DNA of 64,000 nt, from assembly GCF_009834535.1 (NCBI RefSeq), contig NC_045697.1, forward strand, positions 27,158,001 through 27,222,000. Reading direction: 5' to 3'. The DNA is from Camelus ferus (taxonomy: Eukaryota). The notes beneath the pieces are model-generated. The model was not told the origin of the DNA. It ran no database searches and was given only the letters and a program-made list of their open reading frames with translations. The position numbers and the translations under genes were made by a program. This document shows, piece by piece, positions 39,910-52,589 of this stretch (positions within the stretch are counted from its first letter, which is position 1; each line of letters starts with the position of its first letter).

Positions 39910-41515
39910 CTAAGGGAGTTTATAAATTGGTAAGAAATAAAAATTAAGAAATAAAGGAAATGGGATTTTTAAAGTAAATTAAGTCATATTATTAAATGAA
40001 AATAGAAAAAAAAATTCTTCCCAGAGATGTCTAAAAATAAAATACTTTATATTGGTTAAGATTAGACATAAAACATCTCATAAAGTTCATCTTAGTCCTG
40101 TGATTCTCTGAGCGTTTGGTATTTTTTTTTTTTTTAAGTTCACATTTTCTATTCAAAGTCTTTAACAACATTGGACATATTTCCTGAAGAGGGCTCCCTT
40201 TCCTACAAAACTGATTCATTTGCTAAATGCCTAATATGCAAACAAATCTGTGAAACAAAGCACTATACCAATGCCAAATTTTCAGTAGCTTATGCTTTTT
40301 TAAAAGTTAGATTATATTTTAGTAAAATATACATTTATAAGTGTGTATTATTTATATATATATACACCTTAAAGCATGAAAAGAAAAGAAACTCCTACAT
40401 GCTCAGCATGAAAATTTAGAAAATAGGAAAATTCCAGTAACTTAAAAGCTTCTTTATACTGCTTGCAATGTATCTTCATCTCTCCTCATCCCAAAGGGAA
40501 CCATTTTCTTGAATTATGTGTTTATAATTTCCTTGTCTTTCTTCGGCATTGTATCACCTAGGTATTGTTTAATTCTGCTCTTTTTAAAAAAATGCTTAAT
40601 GTAACTGTATCATAGTGTATGAATTCTTCTGTGACTTGCTTTTCTGATCGACACTAAGTGTTTGGCTCCATTCATACTGATACATGTAGCTGTAGTTCAT
40701 GCATTTTCAGTGCTGGGCAGTGTTCCACCCTAGGAGTATATCACAAACTATTGCTTGCTGTCTGTGTTTCTGTGGTAGGTAGACTTTTTATTTTGTTGTG
40801 ATTACAAGTTGCACTGCTGGAAACTTCCTGCATGAGCCTCTCTCTACACATGTGCCACAGTTCCTCTGGGACAGTCTGCTGCTTCTTTTCCTATGGGCCA
40901 CAAGCTGGGAATGATTGGTATACTTGAAACAGTTGGAGAAAAAAAAAAAAGGATATCTGTGACATGAGAATATTATATGAAATTCAAATTTCAATGTCTA
41001 CAAATGAAATGTTATTGGAATATAAACACACCCATTCAGTTCCATGTTGCCCCTGGCTGCTTTCCGACCGCAGTAGCAGAGTTGAGCAGCTGGAACAAAG
41101 ATCTTCCGCCCACAGAGCCGGCAATATTTCCTACCTGGCCTGTCACAGAAAATGTTCACAGACTCCAGCTCCACGTGATCTACGCAAGATGGAAATGCTG
41201 AAGCTTACAGTGTGTACATTTTCTATTTCACCTGTTTTCCAAGGTGGCTCTCCCAACACACACTCCCATCACCAGTGTGTGAGTGAGCATTCTCCGCCTC
41301 CTCATGGTGGAGGCAGGAAAAACAGATCTGCTGTAGGACTACAGAACTACCTTTCTGTGTACATGTGAGTTGCCCTAGTAATTTGCAATCACAACTACAG
41401 TTGTAATATGCTCTTAATGATAATTTGTACCTTGTATAGCTTTCCTTAGTTCAAGTCTGTTAGTAAACAGGTCTTGGAACATTGATATTGTTTAGACTGA
41501 ATCCTCCCATGGTAC

Positions 41516-41647
41516 CTTTTATTTTTATTTTTTAAGTACGGGGAAGTAATTAGGCTTATTTCTTTTTATAGGAAGTACTGGGGATTGAACCCACGACCTT
41601 ATGCTTGCTAAGCATGCACTCTACCACTTGAGCTATACCCTCGCCTC
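41516..41647 (-). mobile_element. tRNA-derived SINE
   Basis: gggattgaaccc..gctaagcatgcactctaccacttgagctataccc. Confidence 0.8.
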
Positions 41648-42488
41648 ATCTGTGGTGTCTTGACCGAAACCATGCCCTGGAGTTCCCAGCCCCTCCTCTA
41701 GATGGAGCGCATCTGGCTAAGACCGTTCACAGGCCTCCTACAGAACCAGGATGGTACAAAGTAAACCATTGTAATTGGCACAACGGCCACGGGCTCACGC
41801 GTTTATCCTGCAGGCTTCTGCTGCTGCGATCTAGAACAAGCTCTCAGTTACTCAGGTCCCCGCAGTCCTCGTTGTAACTGGTGCGTCTTCATGCAGCAAG
41901 TACGTTTGTTTAACAGGCCGGTACGGAGCTCTTGGAATGAGGCTAGCACGAACTGAGAAGTAATGTCAGTGTAACTGACTCATCAGATTTCAAAGACTTA
42001 ATATGACAAAAGGAATGTAAAACAGTCGTTGTTTTTAGTTGCTAAACTCAGGTAATTTGTTATCCAGCAATAGAAAACTAATATAGGTGAAAAAAGAGGA
42101 AAATATGATATTTCAAGATACAAGTTATTCTATTAATAGTTTCTTAATATGTATATTAGTTTTTAATAGTTTGGCCAACACTTAGTTTTTTTTAGTAGCT
42201 CTTAAGCATATAAAACAACTATCTTCAGAAATTTAAAAAAGAGCTGTTTTAGTTCTGGAGTTAGATGGTAATACTGGTAACACAACAATGTGAATGTACT
42301 TAACACCAGAGAACGTACACTTGAAAATAATTAAAGTGGTAAATAATGTTATGTATATTTTACCACAATAAAAAGAAGCCGTTTTAAAATGGTTATTTTT
42401 ACTTTCAGAGATGAGAATAGTTTTACCAGGTTGCATAATAGAAATAAGTAATCAAGTTAATGCAAGAAAAATCATTACTTATTTTTAC

Positions 42489-42654
42489 GTTACAGGAAGT
42501 CTTTATGGCTTAAAAGATGGCTGCAGGATGAGTAACTGAATCAGAAACTGTATTGTTTGCTGTGTAAGTTGTTCTTTACAAAAGCCATTGAAGGAGTTTG
42601 GCCTCTTTGTCTCAAAGCTTATCTAACACTGTAATTAAGAGAGGTCTTCCATAT
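42489..42654 (-). pseudogene. Dynein-like pseudo-exon, AAA5 (GxPLLI)
   Basis: Acceptor cacttgtcattcag|. YGRPLLITVLDKL*DKEAKLLQWLL* compared with FGKPLLIENVGEELDPxLEPLL. Confidence 0.6.
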
Positions 42655-43274
42655 CTGAATGACAAGTGTGCTTATGTATGAGAACAGACATCTCCTGTAA
42701 TAACACAAAACTCTAGAAGAAAAATCCTTTATGAAGCACAGTCCATTTACTCTGTAAGGCAAAATGACTATTTTAAAACAGGATGCTCAAAAAGATACTA
42801 GGTATAAAGCCCATATTAATGCAAGCTTCAAGATATGAAACATTGTTGAGGAAAAAATATATGAAGTTTGAGAAAGGGCAGGCATTGTAGACATGGCCAA
42901 TGCCCAGCTATCGGCTCCTGTTCTGGATAAAATCTAGCCAGTGTTCCCCAGGCCTTGCTGTCCACCAGAATCAGAACTACAATGTCTCAAAATGTAAATT
43001 CCAAGTCTTGCCCAGTAAAACCCGGTGATCTCACTCTAGCTCAGCTTTAAGTGGGTGTGTTTGTGCATGTGTGTGAGTATTTACGTGTGTGAATGAGGTT
43101 TTTTTTTAAAGGGGCTCTAGGTAATTTTGGTTTGGGAATCACTGACCTAGGAGGCTAATGGCCTCATTCTGCAGGCTGGAAATCTCCAGCAAATACCTGG
43201 AATCTGTGTAACCTTTATTCCAGTGATCATTTCTGAACTTTCTTACTTTCTTCTCAGCAGCATTTGATACATAG

Positions 43275-43445
43275 ATTTTTTTCATTTTATTATTTGTTTG
43301 TTTTTGAAGGGTTTTGGGGGGTGGATAATTAAGTTTGTTTATTTATTATTGTTACTTTTTATTTAACTGATGTACTAGAGATCGAACCCATGACCTCATG
43401 CATGCTAGGCATCTGCTCTACCACTGAGCTGTACCCTCCCCCCCA
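43275..43445 (-). mobile_element. tRNA-derived SINE
   Basis: gatcgaaccc..tgctctaccactgagctgtaccctccccc; flanking agatttttttca-like duplication. Confidence 0.8.
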
Positions 43446-43744
43446 GATTTTTTTCACTTCTTCTTGTTTATTTTGGCTTCTGTCTTTCATATGAGAGGGT
43501 TGCTAAAAATCTGGTGATTCTTGGCTGACTTCTCACATTTAAGAGTATGGCACGAAAAACTGATTAGAAGTTCTATGTGCTACGAGAGATTCATCGTAAG
43601 GCTGCTTTCCTACCCATTTCATCGTGCGAAACTCTATATTCATAGCTCTCATTCTTTCTTTTTTGGGCTGGTTGTATTCTCACATAAGGCTCACTCTTTT
43701 CTGGGAAGATAGATTGGCAAAATGCCTGGGTCAGCATCAATATT

Positions 43745-45088
43745 CAGTAAATAATTTATTTTCTTGAAGTATAGTTGATTCACAATGTTATGTTAGTTTT
43801 GGGTGTACAGCAAAGTGATTCAGTTATATATATATTTTTTTCAGATTGTTTTCCATTAAGGTTATTACAAGATACTGAATGCAGTTTCCTGTGCTATATG
43901 GTAAATACTTTCTATTTGTCTATTTTATATATAGTAGTGTGCATCTGTTAATCCCATACTCCTAATTTATTCCTTCCCCTTCCCTTTCCCCTTTGATAAC
44001 CATAAGTTTGTTTTCTATGTCTGTGAGTCTCTGTTTTGTAAATAAATTTGTGTTGCTTTTTAGATTCTACATATAAGTGATATGATACAATGTTTGACTT
44101 TCTCTGTCTGACTTATTTCACTTAGCATGATATTCTCTAGGTCCATCCATGTTGCTGCAAATAGCGTGTATTATTTCATTTTTTATGGCTGAGTAATATT
44201 CCATTGTATATATACACCACCTCTTCTTTATCCATTCATCCATTGATAGACACTTAGGTTGCTTCCATGTCTTGGCTATTGTAAACAGTGCTGCTATGAA
44301 CATTGGGAGGCATGCATCTTTTTGAATTAGAGTTTCTTCCAGATATATGACCAAGAGTTGGATTGCTTGGTCATATAGTATCTCTATTTTTAATTTTTTA
44401 GTACCCTCCATACTGTCTTCCACAGTGGCTGCTGAAGACCAAATTACATTTCCACCAACAGTGTAGGAGGATTCCCTTTTCTCCACATCCTCTCCAGCAC
44501 TTATCATTTGTAGACTTTTTGATGATAGCCATTCTGAACAGTGTGAGGTGATACCTCACTGTAGTTTTAATTTGCATTTCTCTAATAATTAGTGATGTTG
44601 AGCATCTTTTCATGTGCCTGTTGGCCATCTGTATGTCTTCTTTGGAGAAATGTCTATTTAGGTCTTCTCCCTATTTTTTGATTGGGTTGTTTGGGGGTTT
44701 TGTTGTTGCTGTTATTGAGTTGCATGAACTGTTTGCATATTTTGGAAATTAGCCCCTGTCATTCACATCACTTGTAAATATTGTCTCCCATTCTGTTGGT
44801 TGTCTTTTCATTTTATGGACATTCTCCTTTGCTGTGCAAAAGCTTTTAAGTTTGATTAGATCTCATTTGCTTATTTTTGCTTTCATTTCTTTTGCATTGG
44901 GAGACTGATCTAGGAAAATATTGCTACTATTTATGTCAGAGAATGTTTTGCCTATGTTCTCTTCTAGGAGTTTTATGCTGTCATGTCTTATATTTATGTC
45001 TTTAAACCTTTTGAGTTTATTTTCATATATGATGTGAGGGAGTATTCCAATTTCATTGATTTATGTGAGACTGTCCAGTAAATAATTT
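43745..45088 (-). mobile_element. 5'-truncated L1 with TSD
   Basis: ORF2 C-terminus [23 protein letters not shown]. 13-bp TSD cagtaaataattt at 43745-43757 and 45076-45088. Confidence 0.92.
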
Positions 45089-45974
45089 TTTCCTATTCCT
45101 CCTACCTTCACTTGGGTATCTTGATCTTAACTCATATCTGGGTTCCTCAGTCAAGAGACTCTTACTTTAGAACCAGAAAATAAACCTTCAGCCCTCTCTG
45201 CTGGTGTGTATGTGGCAAAGGGGCAATGGTCATTGGTGTGGAGGACAAGTGTAGAGATCTAACTGCTTCTTAAACAGACTTCCAGCCAGGCTTTCTGTTT
45301 TTAGCTCCACTTTCACTTTACTTGTAGAATTGTCTGGGGCTACCAGTTCCTGAGTCTTTAGGGGTCTGGGCTTTCTCTGCTGGGTTAGGATTCAGCTCCC
45401 TCCAGGCTGCAAAATCAGCCACATTCTTCTATCTGCTTTCCAGCCTCCAACATGTGCAGCTGTTTCCCACCTCTCCCAATTCTCTTTGTCCTGGTAGATG
45501 TATGTCTTCCTAAAATGTCCCTTTATTTCCACATTAGTGTGGCTTTGGAATGGGTGGGAGTAAAGTATGTGGCTAACCTGATATTCTTGGTGCAAAGCCT
45601 CAATCCGAGTCTTACCATTAATAATACTAGTATTTTAATGTTTATCTGTCAGATTGATTCTGTGATTTGAGGTTGTTTATTTACGTTTCTGAGCCTTTCT
45701 TATCCTATTTTCATTGTTCATTATTACATTTCCTGCATCTTGCCTTCGGTGTATTAGATGTATTTTATCTGTGTTACAGAAGTTAAACCATTCAATGTTT
45801 TAGCACATTCCTGTGAAAAACAATGTTTTAAAAGTTAACTTCATGGAATTTTTTTCTCCATTACTAAAATGAAAAGCTAATACATACAAACATATATATG
45901 TAAAAATGTAAATGAACATTAAGACATAAAGCTAGTCAATGGGACATTTGATGTACAGAAATGATAAAATTCAC

Positions 45975-46204
45975 TGAAAATCTTTAATTATTTAGATGTC
46001 CAACTGCATAATTATCTAAGCCTTTAATCCTAAAAGGAGCTTATCTAGAGCAAATTAGAGTTATCAAACCACATTTTGATAAGATTTCATCAAGACAAAC
46101 TATGACGTAGTATTTCTCAGAATCTGATAATTTTCAGTATTCAAGAACTGTGGAAATTTTTTCCTTTGTGCTTTTTGCAGAAGTCTGTTTATTTGTGTGC
46201 TATA
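45975..46204 (-). pseudogene. Dynein-like pseudo-exon, AAA5 start
   Basis: Acceptor aatgctctcag|. FPQFLNTENYQILRNTTS*F and (shifted) IKMWFDN compared with LPxDxxSTENAIILxNSRRWPL..ANKWIKN. Confidence 0.55.
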
Positions 46205-47556
46205 CTGAGAGCATTTTGAAAAACAAAAAATGAAAATTTAATAGTCAAAACTTTTCAATTATTTAAGGTACATGGTGCCTGGGGTTTGTTGAGAAACATT
46301 GTGGTTTTGTATTTTTGTTGTTTTATTTATCATTAAGAGGAGGCTAAAATCCTGATTGTCCCTCATTCAGCTGGTGACCCAGGGGAAATATCAAATATGA
46401 TTAGGGAACTTTTTCTGAATATGTTTATCTTAATATGGTGTGGGAGAAGTTAGAAGGGCTAACTTTTAAAATCCAAACTTTCCTTTATCCCAGCCATCTT
46501 CAAAGCAGGCAAAAGCCACTTCAGGATGGGTCAGTCAGCTTTGCTGCAGTAATAAATGAGCCCACAAATCCCAATGGTTTGCAGTAGCAAACATTTCTTT
46601 CTTTGCCACATTACATGGCAGGTGTGGGGTCAGGTGCTATGACTTGCTGCTTGTGGCATCCCCAGATGCAAACCAGAGGAACAGCACCACGTGGTACACC
46701 TGCTCAGTGACGGAGGGAAAAGAGCTGCCTGAAACATGTGGTGCCTGTTCAGATTTTTGTTCAAATGCTACCCATTCGTATCTCCTCACATTCCACAGCA
46801 AAGCAAGTCACACAGCCAAGCTCACATCGATGGGGAGGGGAAGTTACTCCCCTGGTGGATTTATAATCTTCCTATAAGGAAGGGGATGCATGAGTCATCA
46901 AAAGCAATAATCCAGTCTCTACAGGTAGAAAAGCAGCCTTAAAGGCTTAAATCATTGAAGAAAAGGAAATGGGATTAGAGCTAAACTGAACAGCACTTAG
47001 AATGGGAAACTTTACAAATTAAAAACATTTTTTCTTGAGATAAACACAATGTTCTTTAAGGAATTTAAGGCTGGATTGTCCACCATAAATTATGATTTGT
47101 GTATTATCTTTGCAATATAATTTCACTGGGGGCAAGTACTTCTTTTAGCAGGTGACTCCTGGTCTTGTTTCTAATATTGTTCACTTCAAGAAGTACAAAC
47201 TAAATTTCATTTTAATGCAGGGAGAATTAGAAATGATTGAAGTGAAAAGGTGGTAGATCAAAATAATCTTGATGAAAAAGAAAAACGCAGTGTATTATGC
47301 AGCTTCTTTTGGAGCACAATAAATTTACTTGGTGGCTACCCAAACAGAAACTGTGGGACAAGAATCTCGTAGGGGGATTTACCCTCACACACTCTGATGA
47401 CATGGTCAGGTGTTCCTTCCTCTAACTAAGGCAGAAACTGAGACACAGAGCACTTCGATGACAGTGTTTTACTAAATTCACCAGCTCATTAGTGCCCAGG
47501 CTAATGCCCAAACACCTCAGGCAAAAGGGTGCAGTGATGCTTAACTAGTCACCCAC

Positions 47557-47997
47557 CTAGTGAGAATAATGACTCGTCCCTGGAGATCTGGCTGTGACAG
47601 GTCAGGGGGTGGTGGGAAGATGTGCTAGACAACTGGACACCATGAAGAGGAAAAAGAGAAGTGGAAAGAGGAAGCTGGGCTAAGGGAATGCAACCCAGCC
47701 CTGGTGATAAATGTTTACTCATCAGAAGGCCTAGTGGGAGCTCAAGTGTGAAGAATTATTAAAATGAGCAATGGGAGAAAACTAGCCAATTTCAGAAATT
47801 TATTTAATGAAAATAGGCATAAATAAGAGATAGCTACAATTTTTTTTTCCCACTGAGGAAGACCATTAAACTCCAGCTGGTTTGCAGAAATGTTTGCTGT
47901 TGGTGTACTTTGGGTTTATGGCCACAGTAACGAGGGTACTGATAAAGTCTGTTGACACATGCCTACTCGTTCTCCCATCAGCCTTGAAATCGGGGCC
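47557..47997 (-). pseudogene. Two dynein-like pseudo-exons, AAA4 end and lid (about 47997-47855 and 47740-47557)
   Basis: Acceptors ctgctctctag| and cttcacacttgag|. ..MCQQTLSVPSLLWP* (compare CTIDWFxxWP). The second segment is fully open and ends CTAG|gtgggt. Confidence 0.35.
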
Positions 47998-48504
47998 CTA
48001 GAGAGCAGTGACAGAGTCCACTTTTTTTGGTTAAATTCAGAAATATTAGCTGGTTTTAGAGAAAAGGTTCATATAGGTGTTACCTCTGTACCTTATATTA
48101 TTACTATATCCCATCTTTCCTTTTTCTTCATGTGTGTGAGAAGACACAATGATTCATCCTTCAACAAATACTTATTGAACATCTATTACGAACCAAGCAC
48201 TGTTCCACGTGCTGGGGACTCAGTCAGGAAAAAAAGTTTATATTACAGCAGGGTAGACAGACACTGTTAACATCAAATTTATAATATCATGGCAGGTAGT
48301 GATAAACACTTTGAAGAATAACAAAGTAAGATAAGAGAAGGGTGCAGATCCTATTTTAGGAGAGGCCATGGTGTGTTGGTGACAGCTCAGAGTGGCTCAC
48401 CAGAGCTGACTAATACATTTTTAGGAATTTTGCTGGCCAGTTCTTAAAGCCTTCATTAAAAATCAAATTTTATAAACTTCCAAGTAAATACATTATAATA
48501 AAAA

Positions 48505-48580
48505 CGGGGGGTTCAATCCCCAGGACCTCCATTAAAAATATAAAATAAATAAATGAACCTAATTACCACCCCCCTAAAAT
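48505..48580 (+). mobile_element. 5'-truncated tRNA-derived SINE
   Basis: ggggttcaatccccaggacctcc..aaataaataaatgaacctaattacc, the 3' half of the same family. Confidence 0.7.
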
Positions 48581-50772
48581 TTTTTTAATGTAGTAAATAC
48601 TCAAAACTTGCCATTTTCATTAAAAAAAAAAACTTGCCATTTTCTATGTATTTTACTACCTGTTACTATTACTTCTGCTCTTTAAATTATTTACATGTCT
48701 TCTATCTGTGTGTTGGAAACATGACATTACGGTATACAACTCCACATCTCCTCCTGACTCTTTGTTCAATGATGTCATATTGGCAGTTTGCAATCAACCA
48801 TGGTGGATGTATTTATACCACAGAAATTGGCAAATACTACAAGTCAGGGTTTTTATGTTAGAGAGCTAGTTGTTAAATATTTACTAGCACTTGACAGAGA
48901 AGAGTCTTTCTAATGAGGTGATACCGGAGCAAAAGCCTGAATTAAGTGTGGATATTTGTCATTGGGGTATCTCAGAAAGCAATGCAGGCATAGGCTTCAG
49001 ACCAGCTTTTACCGGACACATTTTCAAGGATCAGCACAGAAAATAGCATGGCTGATCGAAGTGAGTGAGAAAAGTGACAGGAAATCAGGCTAGGGGACAG
49101 CTTAAGCAGAGCTTTGAAGGCCCTGGTACAAGATACAGTTTTAATTCTAAGTACATTATGAAGCCATGGAGGACTGAAAACAGGAGAGGGAAGTGATCTG
49201 ATTTCTATCACAAAGGCTCCCTCACTCTACTGTATGGAGGAGAAAAGACTGTTCTATCAGGTGGTGGGTCTAAATTTTGACTGAATGATGGCTAAGAATT
49301 ACTCCTTGCTTGTTAGAAATATATATGAATCATTGGTATTTGCAACCATCCTAAGATTTAATCACAAGCAACGTTGAACGTATGGTAGTGACCATGAGGT
49401 TGGTTGCTACCCAATTCTCTTCTCCTTCCTGGGCACATAGATTGTCTACACTTCCTGGAACTCTGGCAGCTCAGCAAGTTCCTATGATGAATTCTAGCTA
49501 ATAAAATAGGAGTAGGAGTGACACACGCCACTTCCAGGCACAAGCACTTGAGCCACTGCGTGACCCCCACACCTGTCTATGGTGACTGCAGAGGCCACGT
49601 ATCAAGACGGATGAGTCACAAGATGGAAACATTCAGTTCCCTGAGTGACTGTACAGAGTATAGCATCCACTGACTTAACCTGAGCATGAACATGAGCAAG
49701 AAAAAAAACTTTGTTTCATTAAGTCTTGAGATTTCGGGATTAGTCTATCACTGCAGCTTAGCCTAGGCTATCCTACTAACACAGAATGCTGAGCTAGTAA
49801 AACTTCCACGATAACAGCTAACGTTCATTGAGGGCTTACTCCATGCCAGGCACTAGGCTAAGCATTTTACCTGTAACTCCTCGTGTAAGCCCCACATCAC
49901 CCTCTCTGAGGTGGTCATTGTTATGGCTTCCATTTTAGATATAAGGAGACTGAGGCCAGGAGAGGTTAAGTGACTTGCCCAGAGACCCCAGAGAACAAAG
50001 GGTGGAGCCAAGATCCAGTCCTGACTAGAGCCGTCCCTTTTCCTACATGAGGGAAGAACAAACAGCCTCGTGATTTCATTCATTTCGTCACCCATTTATT
50101 GGGCACTTACAGTGCTGGGCTCTGGGTAGACAAAGATAAGTAAAACACCATTCCTGTCCTCAGGGAGTCTAGTGAGGGAGAGACCACAAAGAGAAAATTA
50201 TAACGTGATGAATTTACAAGCAGTACAAGAGACAGAGGAACACAGTAACAGACACCATGGAGATGCAATCAGCAAAATCCAGACTGTGGGAACCCCTACA
50301 GGACAAACAACCCAGTTTTGTCAACAAATAAATTGCAAGGAAATTTAGTCACAACCTATAAATTAACAGAGATCTAAAAGCCTTATCAACCAACGGCAAG
50401 ATTATTCGACTCCTGATTCAAGTGAACTATTTTTTTTAATTAAAAAATTAGTTGCTTACTAGATATGGGACAATTTGAACACTGAATGGACATTTAATAA
50501 TGTTAAGGATGATTAACTTGAACTTTAAAAATTTTAGGTGAGAGATTTTGTGGTTATTTTTAATGTATCCTTACCTTCTAGAGATACATGCTAAAAATTG
50601 TATAGATGAAATCATATGATGTGTGGAATCTTCTTCAAAATATGCAGGAGGGAGAAATGGGTACACAAAACAAGATTGGCATGGATAATCATAGTTCACT
50701 TGGGTGATAGTTACATGGCGATCAATTTTAGTAAATATTTAAAATTTCCCCAAATAAAAAGTTTTAGAATAC

Positions 50773-51029
50773 CTGTTCCTGGGCTGGATATAAAGGAGCT
50801 GGTAGAATTGCTGACAAGGTGTCTGGGGACGCTGGGAAGGTTCCCAAGGAAAATGGGACATCAACGCGTAAAACAGTTCTCAGGCAGCAGGAGAGCATGC
50901 ACAAACAAATTAAGCTATTTTGAGCATCACCTAACGTAACTGATGCCAGAGATGGTTAATATTTATTTTTCATCAAGCGCCAGTTGCTATCACATGGAAA
51001 TAGGTTGCCAGAGTTCATGGGACTTCCTT
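50773..51029 (-). pseudogene. Dynein-like pseudo-exon, AAA4
   Basis: Acceptor atgtccatag| and donor CAG|gtattc. TLATYFHVIATGA**KININHLWHQLR*VMLKIA compared with RLAAFM..WREDLKxVLxKAG. Confidence 0.5.
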
Positions 51030-51556
51030 CTATGGACATGTGTAGAAATGGGCTGAGTGGAACTGGAGATTAAACATGGGACTTGAAAATCAGGAGACCA
51101 GGTATGAGAATCCTGGCTCTGTCTGTGACCAGCTGTGGGTCTCCAAGAAGGACTTGGACATTTTCTATGTCTCTGTTCCTTCATCCATAAGACGAGGTCT
51201 GAATTGTTCTCAAAGAACTCTTTCTGCTCCAACATTTTCTTATTCTACATGGGCTTCCACAGACATGAAATGTTAATTTTGGGGGTCATGTGTGGGAATC
51301 AACTGCTTCAGGTCATTGTAGCATCATTGTCAGAATGGAAAAGACCTACAGTGCGGACATCTTAGTTACAAGAGACCCTGGGAAAGTCTCCTGCATGTAG
51401 AGACCCCCTGACATAACCTCAGAGGATTTTTTCTGCTTCAAATGGGAAGCAAAAGGGAGCAACAGAGTGAGACTATTGTGCATTGTTTTCAGCTCAGTAC
51501 CTGAGATCTTGGTGGCTTTCACAAATTAAGGGCATTTAACTTAGGGTATTTACAAC

Positions 51557-51712
51557 CTGGCAACTTCCTTGTGAAAAGATCTTCTGGGCTTGAAAAATCC
51601 TACTTGCTTTCTTTCCTTGAATATTGAGCACTAAAAAACCTGCCCCTTGGTGTCCCAAAGGGAAGTTAAAATAGTTCTGATGGGATGTCCTCATGGGCCC
51701 ATAACTTCTGTG
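51557..51712 (-). pseudogene. Dynein-like pseudo-exon, AAA3 lid (LWxHE)
   Basis: Acceptor ttttcattacattcctcag|. QKLWAHE (KLWAHE codons at 51690-51707) compared with the conserved RLWxHE, followed by a frameshift. Confidence 0.6.
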
Positions 51713-52017
51713 CTGAGGAATGTAATGAAAAGTGTCAAAATATTCTCTGGCCACCCCACTCCCCACACCTTTTGAATTGTAGCAGAGACTCAGCACCAAC
51801 CACCCGCTTCACGGAGTGTGTGATAAGAACTCTGATTCCCAGTGCCTTCATACCAACCTCTCCACTCCATCCCTACCCTAGCTGAAGGCTGGAGTGCACA
51901 GCCCCACCAGGGAGAGCTCTGATATTTGAAAGGAAACAAGGTCAAGTGCGATCTGTGTGGAAAGGGAATGTTGCCTGCTGTTCCAGTAAACAACGAATGT
52001 TGCCCACTCAAAATTTT

Positions 52018-52395
52018 GTCTTTTGCTGCAACACCGATGGACTTGGAGGGTATTAAGCTAAGTGAAATAAGTTAGACAGAGAAAGACAAATACTGTATGA
52101 TATCACTTATATGCGGAATCTAACAAATACAACTAACCAGTGAACATAACAAAAAAGAAGCAGACTCACAGACATAGAGAACAAACTAGTAGTTACCAGA
52201 GAGACAATATAGGGGTGGGGGAGTAAGAAGTACAAACTATTGGGTGTAAAGCTACAAGAATGTATTGTACATCATGGGGAATAAAGCCAATATTTTATAA
52301 TAACTGTAAATGGAGTAACTGTGAATCACTATATTGTACACCTGTAACCTATATAATATTGTACAGCAACTATACTTCAACTTTAAAAAAAGGCT
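52018..52395 (+). mobile_element. L1 3' end fragment
   Basis: gatggacttggagggtattaagctaagtgaaataag ... ctatacttcaa, the L1 3' signature. Confidence 0.8.
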
Positions 52396-52589
52396 TTAAA
52401 AAATGACACATGTATGAACACTTCATTTATTTCAGAGGTGGCGCTGCAGAAAAAGAGGAAAGGACTTAATTTCAAATAATGGTGCTAGGTCAACTGGATA
52501 TCCAGGAGAAAAAAGAAAAAAGAAACCTGAGTCCATTCCTCATATCAGGTCACAAGCAAATATGCATTCCAGGCCAACTGTGGCTCTAT

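Noticed and set aside
44118..44628. Protein-coding ORFs of 129 and 76 aa
   Set aside because: Frameshifted L1 ORF2 remnants.
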